Shown here: in pieces, positions 12,265 through 22,975 of the stretch
Numbering within the stretch: position 1 is the stretch's first letter
Layout of the letters: the number at the start of each line of letters is the position of its first letter
From: Eledone cirrhosa
Lineage: Eukaryota
Length of the DNA stretch: 64,000 nt
Assembly: GCA_964016885.1 (NCBI GenBank)
Contig: OZ024742.1
Location: 132,308,001-132,372,000 of the forward strand
Reading direction: 5' to 3'
Translations under genes and position numbers: made by a program
The notes under the pieces: generated by a model
Seen by the model: the letters and a program-made list of their open reading frames with translations, nothing else
The model's database searches: none
Told to the model about the DNA's origin: nothing

Positions 12265-12682
12265 ATATTGTTATACTTGGGGAGGGTCATATTTGTGTAA
12301 TATTGCCAGAATTAATAACAGAACACACTCACTGTTTGGTTGGTTTTCGCTTTTTGCGTCTGTGTGTTTTATATCGGTAATCTAATTTATTCGGTCCTCA
12401 ATGTTGCCATTGACTGACCAACGGTCAAAAATAATACAGATACAATATAGACACAAACACATATATATAGTTTACCAAAGTTCTTTCGTTGCACATTTGC
12501 AACATCGTAAGTGGTGGTATTGTTTCCTCCCGTAACATTGTATGTGTACGCCATTTTATTTAGTCTGTTTATATATTTATTTATTTATTTGTTTGTTTGT
12601 TTATTTTATTTTGTCTTCTTTGCGCATGCGTTTGCATTATTAATTCTGGCAATATTACACAAATATGACCCTCCCCAAGTAT

Positions 12683-12690
<8 letters not shown>
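12265..12690. repeat. 54 bp perfect inverted repeats (12265-12318 / 12637-12690) enclosing ~320 bp
   Basis: atattgttatacttggggagggtcatatttgtgtaatattgccagaattaataa and its exact reverse complement, ending in (TA)n. Confidence 0.9.
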
Positions 12691-12772
<82 letters not shown>

Positions 12773-12885
12773 ATGTATATATATATATAAATATGAGAAG
12801 AACGGACTGCTGCGTGGTTGCACATGGGCTTCATATGAATAAAAGTAGTCCTTCATCAGTGATCACTGATGAAGTAGTAATTTTA

Positions 12886-12922
<37 letters not shown>

Positions 12923-13119
12923 GTATATATGTATATACAATACATAAACAGAGAAAGCATTAAGCGATACTCCGACCAACTCCATCTCACTCAGCAAACA
13001 TTAGCATATTCCTAAGTATTATCCCAATTTAGTGTTTGGGGTGCTAACTAATCAGTATTGCGTGGATAGCTGGTTGTATTATTTTATATGAGACATTATT
13101 AAATAAATATTTCTTTCCT

Positions 13120-13243
13120 TGCAGACGGCCGTTTCGTTATAACATTTCTACAATTTGGGATCAATAATTTGCAGGTCATGTAGAAACTTGTATATAATCC
13201 ATAGTTTTATATACAAGAGGGCTCTTATAAACTCATCTGTGGA
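13120..13243 (-). ncRNA. Hammerhead-like motif with multibranched stem II (decayed core CAGAUGA)
   Basis: Minus strand: tcca-CAGATGA-gtttataa..[cttgtatataa/ttatatacaag and tttctaca/tgtagaaa hairpins]..ttataac-GAAAC-ggcc-GUC-tgca. Confidence 0.55.
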
Positions 13244-13302
13244 TGCCCAAGTAATATCGATATAAGAATTATATAAACATATATAGAGCAAATATTTATT
13301 TA

Positions 13303-13378
<76 letters not shown>

Positions 13379-13381
<3 letters not shown>

Positions 13382-15895
13382 ATAATAATAATAATAAAGT
13401 TGAAGACTAAAATCCAAAGAGGGCTCGATAAGGATAAATATATATCAAATATATAAGAACCGTAGAGCAAATATTTATTAAAATAACATATTAAAGTTTA
13501 AGCAAAGAATCGCTGCTTTCACCCTTAACGGGATCTTCTGAAACTAACAAAGTCAATCTTTAAACGCAGAAGTGGATATTTCTAAAAACGTTGCAAACGG
13601 AGGAAGACAGGAAGACGATACTTTGTTTCGTGGAAACGTTCCTTGGCAAAGAACGGGGAAAAACGAATATAATACGTCATTAATAGGAGCGGCGAAAAAT
13701 AATTACGCGCAAAGACAGAACCACGTTTATGGTATAAAAGAGGTCGTAGACTAATGTTCTCTTAGGTGGTTCATAGAGACGTTCTCTGGCAATGAACGGA
13801 AAAAACGAAGATAATACGTCATATGTGGAGCGTGGAGAACAATTGCACGCAAAGACAAAACCACGTAAATGGTATAGCAGAAGTCGTAGACTAAAATTCT
13901 AACTAGGAGACCGAATGAATCTCCGCTTCAGAGTTAAGAACAAATAAATAAATACAATACAGAGGTAATAGAAATTAAATAAATACATACACGCATACAA
14001 ATACGTACATACACAAGCATACGCGAAACCACTTACCATAGGTATACAAAACCACGCACATATAAATATGTCTGTGTGTGTATGCGTGTATACAAATAAA
14101 TAAATAATTAAATAAACATATATAAATAAATAAATACGTATATAACAAACACACACACATACCTACATGTAAATACACAAATGTTCGGAGACGTGAGTCA
14201 ACCAAAACACGAAGTACGCATATACACACACCCTATATACGTACGAACCTGCATACTCACACATACGCAAAACATCCGTATACACATAACCAAACCATAT
14301 GTACCAGAAAATATAAAATTATACGCCAGAACATATACACTCAAATATAAGTACGAGAAGGTAATCGTACCTTCACAAAACATACAAGTAATATATACTT
14401 ACCTATGCAAATAAGTAATGTTATAAACAAAACATATACTTAGCTACCACATCAAGACGTAAAATATCCACGTATAGATCGTACTATCCGTTAGGGTATA
14501 ACGTGGGGCTGTAATACAGGGAAGTTTCGTGCAACGTATGTTTACAAGCCGAAATTGCCTCAGATTTTTTGTTTAAGATGTGGTCTGTGGCGTAGAGTAT
14601 TTCCAGGGCCTCAGCGGAGCAGAGGTTACATGGTCTTTTATTTCCGTTATACGATCTAGCCCAAGCTAGGATCTCCCAGTGTAACTTATATTGGGTGTGG
14701 TTGTCTTTTAGACTCCAGATATAAGCTGAGAGAGACGTCATATTCCTTCTTAGAGGGTAACGAAAATAATGGGTATGCATGTAAAGACGCTGCATTAAAC
14801 TATTGGCGGTTAACCCTATGTAGGCCCTACGGGACGTGGCAGTTTCAATCTTACATTTGTAGACAATGTTACTAGAGAGGCATTTCCCGGATAGGGGGCA
14901 ATCAACCCGATTCCTACAATTAAAATGTTACTATATTTATGTGTAGGGGGAAAATGCTACGTAATAATGGAAAGAAAGATCTTAGCTAATGGTGTGGCCA
15001 CCTCCATATTATATGGTGGGTTATACCAACAAATGCGACGGGATCTATTTCTTCTAGGTCTATTTTCGTACTCTGTATATGCCACCTTATCGACAAATCC
15101 ACTCCGAGCAAGAGCTTCATTGTAATAAGTGGAATGGTCGTTGAAAATATGCTCGTTAGTAGGTAGACGGGAAAGCCTCAACGAAACGTTTCTTACCAGG
15201 TTCTTGGTTATGCTGGCAGGATGGTTGGAATGCTTACTTATGTAATTAAGCGTATCATTCGGCTTTCTATACGGGTAATACAACCCATTCAATAAATTGA
15301 GGGTAACGTCGAGGTAATTAACGACCGAGAAATTGGCCTCAACCTGTATAGAGAGGTTGAAGCCTTTAAAGATGGATGTGAGTTCTTTTCTGAACCTGTT
15401 TAAAGAACGAGATCCGCAATTAGTCATGGTCAAAAGACCATCATCACGGTACAAACCACCGCCCGCGTTGGGGAATTCGTCCTTGATAGAGAAAAGAAGG
15501 AAAATGCCGATAAAATCAGTAACCTCCGCAGATCGCTGACACCCATACTCACGTCGAATGGGGTACTATTGGATTTGTTAATCCTAATAGAGTCGTCGAA
15601 ATTAATCACCGACTTACGGGCATTGAGGATGACATCAACTTCTAAATCCTTAACCACTGTGAGTGTTTTAGCGAAATTGATAGCTCTAAGGAGAAGTGGT
15701 AAAGTGATGGAGGAGTAGTAATTGTTGATATCGAATTGGATAAAACGGCAATGTTCCTTGTTACATATGCCGTTGAACGAATCAATCACCGCGAAATAAT
15801 TCTGCCACGGTGCAAGAGCGGCCAACTTCTAATTTCAGGTATAATTCTATCAAGAATCGTTTTACTAAGTCTACCTAAATCGGACTTCGTATATA
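13379..15895 (-). mobile_element. Naiad-type Penelope-like element, 5'-truncated and degenerate (RT 15895-14957, GIY-YIG ~14920-14520, long 3' UTR/pLTR)
   Basis: KSDLGRLSKTILDRI, FIQFDINNYYSSI, YRDDGL, NYLDVTL, WYNPPY, NCRNRVDCPLSGKCL, CNLCSAE..LNKKSE; decayed hammerhead cagaaga-tcccgttaagggt-gaaa at ~13507-13543. Confidence 0.9.
13637..13893. repeat. Two ~115 bp direct repeats inside the PLE 3' UTR
   Basis: tggcaa.gaacgg.aaaaacgaa.ataatacgtcat...gcaaagaca.aaccacgt..atggtata..aga.gtcgtagacta occurs twice, ~140 bp apart. Confidence 0.8.
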
Positions 15896-16084
15896 GTTGT
15901 TATATAATAAGGTGTATTATTGGTTGTGCAACACGGTCCAATACATTTTTGTTAGCAATGTTAAGTTCTCCACGCTTTTTGTATATCTCCAATTCCATTC
16001 AAGGGAACAGTTAGATGATGTAAAACGCAGTATCAGTATCAAAATGAAAATCCGAAGGCAAGGTAACATTTCCAATCATTTTAA

Positions 16085-16137
16085 TCACGACACATGTTTC
16101 AATAAGAGATAGATCGATCACTGATCTCATCAGGTGA
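16085..16137 (-). ncRNA. Hammerhead ribozyme motif in a pLTR-like segment (15896-16215)
   Basis: Minus strand: tcac-CUGAUGA-gatcagtgatcgatctatctcttatt-GAAAC-atgt-GUC-gtga. Stem I tcac/gtga is intact; stem II is irregular. Confidence 0.6.
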
Positions 16138-16243
16138 AAATGAATTATCTTCAAATTCTTGATATGAAGGAGAAAATTACCAATGTTCAATCACACAGTT
16201 TATTCCCTCATATCATATATATATATATATATTCCCTCATATC

Positions 16244-16275
<32 letters not shown>

Positions 16276-16334
16276 GTGTGTATATATATATATATTACCA
16301 TAGGTAATACACACACACACATATACTTAATTTT

Positions 16335-17334
16335 ATATATATAAAATTAAGTATGTGTGTGTCTGTGTATTACCTATGGGGGCCTAGATCTTACGAGCGA
16401 TTTTCATGAAACTTTACAGGCTCATAGATTTCTCATCTGGGAGTGTTTTCCATGTATCAGCGTATCGTTTTTTTTTATTCTGGAGTCATTCTGTAGATAG
16501 AAATCGATAGGAGGGTGACCCTTTTTTAGGTATCGAAAAATAAGACTTTTGGCTCTAGCTCCCACATTTTGTTACCGATTTCTTTCAAATTTTAAAGCAA
16601 AATAGAATTTACCATTGCACATCCTGTACTGCCTTTATATTTTGCATGTTTTGTTCAGGGACGGCGTGGTAGCCGCTTAAATATTGAAAAATACCACTTT
16701 TATACTCAAATTTCCACTGTTTCGCTCTGGTTACCACATTAATGAACCTACATTATTCAAAGTTTACACTACGCTAGATCTTATTATTTCACGTCTTAAA
16801 ATGGCTTTACATTTTGGAGTTTTTCTTCAAGAACGGCGTGGCAGCCGCTTAAATATTCGAAAATACCACCTTTTCGCTCAAATTTCCGACTTTTCTGCTC
16901 TAGATCCCACATTTTTCAACCGATTTCGTTCAAATTCGTAACTTCGGCTCCACCTCACACATGAATCAATTTATTTGGTTCAAATGTTATACTACGAGAG
17001 AACCGATCATTGCACATCTTATAGATGGTCAAAGGCTAAACGATGGCCACTGACATCGTCTGAGCTTTTAGTCGTGTATTTGAGAATTCATCGGTTTCCA
17101 ATCAAGTAGCGTGAGGAAATTTGTCTTCGTGTTAGAGGTTATTACCTCTCTACCCCAGCATGCCCTTCGTCAGTCACCCGGGTTTCTCAGTGATAGAAGC
17201 CATCACCACCCTCCTCCGCATGCCTGTGTGTGGTCATAGATGAGTCATCGAGAAGCAGTCACTAAGATCAACACCTTTTCATCAAAGCAGATATCATTTT
17301 AGCTACCCAGGCAACGCTGGGTACTGCTGCTAGT
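16335..17334 (+). mobile_element. Non-autonomous Helitron-like element
   Basis: 5' TATATATAAAATT..tgtgtgtgtctgt..gcgattttcatgaaacttt; internal duplications (16655-16705 / 16830-16880); 3' hairpin tacccag-gcaacg-ctgggta (17304-17323) followed by CTAG-T (17330-17334). Confidence 0.7.
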
Positions 17335-17344
17335 AGTTTAATAA

Positions 17345-17760
17345 ATGAACAGAGAACAAAAAAACAGAGAGGCAGTACCAATGATATTGTTTTTAGTTTC
17401 ACGCTTATGAGAACAAATGTATAAAAATACTCCACTAACAATGAGCTATTCGTTGTGCCGAGGGAATCATTTAACAGAGCTGATATATGTGATTTGGCGG
17501 GCCTTTTCACCTTAGACAGATTACGTTAGAAATTCACCTACTAAGCATAAGGGCCTCTATCGTGATAATGGTATGGCACTATTGAACCATACAAGTGGCC
17601 ATGACCTAGACACATTTAGAAAAAAAATGATTACTACCTTCAACAACCATGAACATAAGATTAAAATCTCTTCCAATCTTACAAGTATTAACTTCCAAGA
17701 CGTTAAATTTCGACCAACCGCTGGAATGACTTGGGGTGGATAAGTTAAGTACCTCTACAT
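17345..17760 (+). pseudogene. Naiad-type PLE RT fragment
   Basis: Translation SFNRADICDLAGLF..GLYRDNGMALL..DLDTFRKKMITTF..SINFQDV. Confidence 0.75.
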
Positions 17761-17771
17761 GTCAATTTTAC

Positions 17772-17808
<37 letters not shown>

Positions 17809-17822
17809 TGTGTGTGTGTGTG

Positions 17823-18090
17823 TAGGAAAATAGTCAGGACCCCGACGGCTGAGCTCCGGTAGTTTCTCGACAGCTACATCCGATGGTGTGGTAAAATACC
17901 AGGTGGACCATAACGCACCAGAGTACTCGATACTTAGGTCATACGACCGTTCGCATCTAGCTGTCGAAACGGCCGGAAGTCAGCCATCGGGGCCCTCACT
18001 CATTCCCAATTACCCACTCTACTACCATATGTATCGAGTATTCTGGTGCGTTATGGTCCACCTGGTATTTTACCACAGCCTCTTTGTTAT
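17823..18090 (+). repeat. pLTR fragment with two stacked inverted segments
   Basis: 17823-17880 is the inverse of ~17955-18010, and 17887-17933 is the inverse of ~18030-18076; homologous to 6900-7030. Confidence 0.8.
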
Positions 18091-18104
18091 ATCTATATAT
18101 ATGA

Positions 18105-18298
18105 TAATAATTGTTACTACTTTTGGCACAAGGCCAGCAATTACCCAGTGCATTACTGGTACTTTATTTCATCGACCCGGTAAGAATGAAAGGCAAAGCT
18201 AACCTCGAAGGGATTTGAACTCAGACTGTAAAGGGATATCACTATGCTGGAAAGCATGGCCGCCGACGCTCTACCGATACTGCCAATTCACCGCCCTA
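18105..18298 (-). mobile_element. tRNA-head Nin/Deu-domain SINE, full length
   Basis: Reverse complement reads gggcggtgaattggcagtatcggtagagcg (A box)..ctgagttcaaatccc (B box)..tttgcctttcattcttaccgggtcgatgaaataaagtaccag..gctggccttgtgccaaaagtag. Confidence 0.85.
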
Positions 18299-18329
18299 TA
18301 TATATATATTTATTTATTATAATAAATAA

Positions 18330-18369
<40 letters not shown>

Positions 18370-18454
18370 ATATATATATAATTTTAATATATATAATTTT
18401 AATATATATATCAATTTTATTATTATTATTATTACTATATATATATATATATAT

Positions 18455-21400
18455 ATGAAATATAAGTATCAAAGAACTGTTCAAAACATTATTGTGCTTA
18501 CAGCTGTTTCCTCCAGACCGAGGTTTGGATTCTTCGGAGCAATTTATTAATGAATGGACAGTTATATGACCTCCTTTTCAGCCAAGAGACATACCGATAC
18601 ATATGCAAATATTGTGGGTCAACATTCATTACAGAATTTAGAGTGGCAGTACACACTTCGAGATTACATTCATATTAAAAGGTACAATCAAAAATCAAAA
18701 ATACAGGTTAAAATACGACATGAAGATAAGCGGTTATATAGTGCAAATGTTGTATGTGTGGCAAGCACGTGCGTCTTGTTTATATAGTGTGGCAGAGAGA
18801 TACGTGTGGTAGAGGCACTTAAGCAGGTAAACAAGAGTGTTAGGTTGGTTGATCTGGTGGCAAATTCTTTATATGATTGTTATAGTCTGTGTGTGGAGAA
18901 ATGATATAACCATTAAAAATAGTGCAAGCATTAAAAATATTAAAAGTATTGGAGATGCACAGCGAAGGGATGACTAGTACTTCATGTACTTCGACATTTT
19001 CATGGTCAGGGGAGTGTATTTTTCGATTATATGCCTCTTACATAATCCACGACAATTCGATATTGAGCGTTTGACAATCCAGTTAGAGAATCGTAGTCTG
19101 ATGTTTTTAGTTCAATACAGGAGGCTGTTATGTTTCGAGAAACGACATTGAATACCACGCGGAAGTGTGTGTGTGGCTAAGGGGAGTTAATGTATGAGGG
19201 GAGGTAACTCCGGGGTTTCTATACCTAGCTATTGAAATGTGTCTCAACATAGACCCTAATTTCTATGGTTATGCGCAACTTCCAAAAAATTTTTAAAGCA
19301 TAAAGTGTTTTAACTATAGAGTAGTTTAATTAAGTTGTGCTGAAGGCGTTCGTATTATTATGGTGAATTAACCCCCATCGTAGGGTGCCACAAATGAATA
19401 TTATAGGCGATGAGCGGGGATTCTAAATTAATGATCTCTGTGGTTGTAGTCTACTCATAGGACCAGGCGCGGTGAGTGCAGAATCACTTCAAGACACAAT
19501 GATCTCTGGTAAGTTCTGGGTCATCGCTTGCTACATTGGATGTCGAAAGATAATCATCACCAGGTCCGGCCAGAGGTCAATCCACAGTCCTCACGACCCC
19601 TCTCTGACCGCCAAATCATCCATATGTGTACAACCCGCACGCCAGTTGCAATACAGTCATTCTCTGCGCTCAGCGTCCTAGTCCTACTGCTCAACAGCGA
19701 TACTAGATTAAAGCGTTTTTCATCTGTCTAAGGACGGCACTTCCTCCGCACAACACTACCAAACCAATCAATTTATGCTCAAATTACCTATAGAGAGGTG
19801 TAGTGCAGTTCAAGTGGGTGGATGTTGTCACACCTGACGTAGAGGTATAAATTGGTATTCTCCCTGCGAAGGGTTCCAGAGGGATATCGTTGTTTGTGTT
19901 ATATTGGATCAGTTAGTGTTGGGTATGTGGTATAAGGTGTTCCCCTGGTGTTTGATGCTAGATGTGGTGTTTGGTTCAAGTCCGACATTGCTATATATTG
20001 GGCTTAAAGTTTTGGAAGGAATGTCTGAAGCGGTGCTGGCAAGTTGCAAACACCTCAGATTTTTTGTTAAGTAGGTTACGGTTGGAGAAGATAATATTGT
20101 GGGTCTCTAGTATACAGAGGTTACAAAATTTATTAGGTGGTTTGTACGAAGTCGCGCTGCCTATCACTTCCCATTTGAGTGTGTATGGTTTATTTTTAGT
20201 TTTTAGATAGTGTATGTAGCTAGAAAGTGAGGTCGAGTTGGCTAGGCTGTGCTTTTTGAACGAGTGGATGTGCGAATTATATCTGATTTTGAAGCAGTTA
20301 GAAGTGGAGCCTACATAGGTTTCTGAAGAGTTGCTAGTTGTGACAGTGCATGAGTATATGATATCCTTGGTTAGGCATTTTTTATCTAAAGGGCAGGTTA
20401 TATTAGCTCTACAGTTACAATTATCCTGTGTATTAGTCTGCTGGTTATAATGCAGTGTAGAAGTCTGGGTGGTAGCTATAGGATTTTGGACATTCGGGTT
20501 GTCAACCTCGGTGTTATCTCTTATACTAGTGTTATTTCTATTGTTACTGCCGTTACTATGGTTGCTTGCTACAGAGGTATTTAGAAGGTTTGCATCCTTT
20601 TGCGATTTTGTTTGTTGGAAGTAAGAATTAATTTTACTTTTATTGCTGCTAGCTATGTGGTATGCTAAGTTAGGCGTCGTAGAGTATGAGATTTTAATAG
20701 TGTTTTTGTTTAAAAGGTTGTGGTACTTGTATCCTAGAGGGACGTTTTTATCTAGTAGTGAGAAGAAAGCTCTAGGTATGTTGGTGGAGACATTTAGGTT
20801 GAAAGGAGGGTTGAAAAATGTATTATTTCTTCTTCTATTTTTGTTTTTAGTGTTTGGTGTGTTGTTTCTTCCTAAGGCACCACAGTAGTTTCCATGGTAA
20901 TGGTTACTTCCGGTGGCACCCTCCGCTTTGGTGTACTTGTTGTTGCTATTCCTATTATTAGGTTTCCTCATGGAGATGTTGTGCGAGATGATGTTATAGC
21001 TATGTGCTTTCTTAGGTAGGAACTCAATTTCTATATTATGGCCGGATCTAGCTAATGCCTGATTGTAATATTGTGAGTTTTTGCTAAATATGTTTGCGTC
21101 ATAGGACAGACTAGAGATTCTATTGGACACCCCCTTAGAGATAGAGTTTAATATTGATCTAGGGTGATTAGACTTGGTATCTACGTAAATGAGTTTTTCG
21201 TTAGGCTTATGGAAAGGTGTATATATTTTTGAGTCTAGGTATAGTGTGGCGTCTAGGAAGTTAACATTTTTAGTGTTTTTGTCCATGGTGATACTAAGGT
21301 TAAAGTTTTTGAATGTCTTATGCAATGGTTTTCTAGTTCTTTCTATATTAAATTTTTTTATATTCTATAAGTAGGAGTGCATCATCGCGGTACAAACCAC

Positions 21401-21600
21401 CGTTGAGGTAAGGGAGGTCCTTATGGATTTCATTGAGAAGGTATAGGCCGACCAAATCAGTGACCTGCGCCGAGTCACTAGATCCCATGGTTATGTCGAA
21501 GTTGTTGTGCGTATCCTTGCGTGTCCATAGTTGGTCCTCGATGGTGATTATGGTTTTACGGGCCGCAAGGATGACATCAATCTGGGCTCTAGTCAGATAG
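18455..21600 (-). mobile_element. Naiad-type Penelope-like element, 5'-truncated; RT C-terminus and GIY-YIG open (21325-19991), ~1.5 kb 3' UTR, hammerhead in pLTR
   Basis: FDITMGSSDSAQVTDLVG, GLYRDD, NFLDATL, NPPFNLNV, CNCRANITCPLDKKCL..IIY..YVG..FKIRYNSH, CNLCILE..LNKKSE. Confidence 0.92.
18495..18541 (-). ncRNA. Type I hammerhead ribozyme (CCGAAGA core variant)
   Basis: Minus strand: tgct-CCGAAGA-a-tccaaac ctcg gtctgga-g-GAAAC-agct-GUA-agca; palindromic loop III AGCU; followed by aataat. Confidence 0.72.
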
Positions 21601-21779
21601 TGAGATAAGCGATTTCATATAACTACTCTGTAAATCATCTGATTTTACGTTGAGCTACTTAACTTACTGGTAATAAGGTAGTAATTCATTACTGCCTACC
21701 TCTATTTAGGGTTTGTACAAAAAATACATATAACTGCATAAGGTTTTTGTATTTACATAACCATAAATAGTATAATTAA

Positions 21780-21883
<104 letters not shown>

Positions 21884-21991
21884 TTATTAAAATAAATAAA
21901 TATTTGCTCTACGGTTCTTATATATTTTATATATATATATCCTTATCGAGCCCTCTTTAGATTTTAGTCTTCAAATTTATTATTATTACTA

Positions 21992-22105
<114 letters not shown>

Positions 22106-22663
22106 GTTAATAATAAAACATAATACCGAAAGGAATTGGTCGGATAGGAGCGGAAAATCTTCGATCGTTTTACCTTTAACTCAATGCTTTAATTAAGCCA
22201 GTACCATTAAGATACCAATCCAAAGGAAACAGAGTGCACACTAATACTTTAAATAGTGAGATAAGCGATTTCATGTAGGTAGAATATAATATAAATATGT
22301 GTGTGTGTGTGGGGTGGGATATTTTTGAAACTACCCTGTATTATATGTCACACCACCCGTTCTGTCATCCTTTATTCTCCCTTCTTACATTTTCTATGCC
22401 TAATACTCATTCTTCATTGTCTGCACTTTGGACTGCAGTTGATATATTATTCTTTCTGTTTTTATATTTCCCTCCTATTTGTTCTCCTTTAGCTATGCTC
22501 TCGTGCACCGTCCTGTCCATTCTACGTCAGTTGATGCACTTGGGATATATGTTCGTCTTTATTTATGCAATTTACCAAAAAGCATATCTTGCTCACTGTT
22601 TCAATTTATATATATATATATATTTATAGATGTATACATGTGTACATACACACACACACACAC

Positions 22664-22705
<42 letters not shown>

Positions 22706-22708
<3 letters not shown>

Positions 22709-22845
22709 GGTAACTTCCTCAACACAAATATTGAGAAGGTAGGCTTCACAGGAACAGAAAGAGTCTTTTGTCGATGTTAGAAACAGACTCTCTCTCTATT
22801 GCTAAAAAAAATTATGTGAAATTATAAAACCAGACGAACATACAT
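22706..22845 (+). mobile_element. Internally deleted 3'-end fragment of the adjacent R4/Dong-like LINE, with (CATA)n tail
   Basis: ttgagaag.taggcttcacaggaacagaaaga and gttagaaac.gactctctctctattg..aattataaaaccaga match 24931-24962 and 25170-25250. Confidence 0.85.
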
Positions 22846-22975
22846 ACATTCATACACACGTACATACATACATACATACGTTCATACATACATATATATG
22901 TACATACATACATGCGTACGTACATACATACGTACATTGATACGTACATACATACATACGGACATACATACATAA

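Noticed and set aside
19991-20460. Selenocysteine-encoding Naiad (UGA in Cys motifs plus SECIS)
   Set aside because: The CxC/CPL/CL motifs of all three Naiad copies, and the CxxC motifs where visible, use TGT/TGC. No in-frame TGA was seen.
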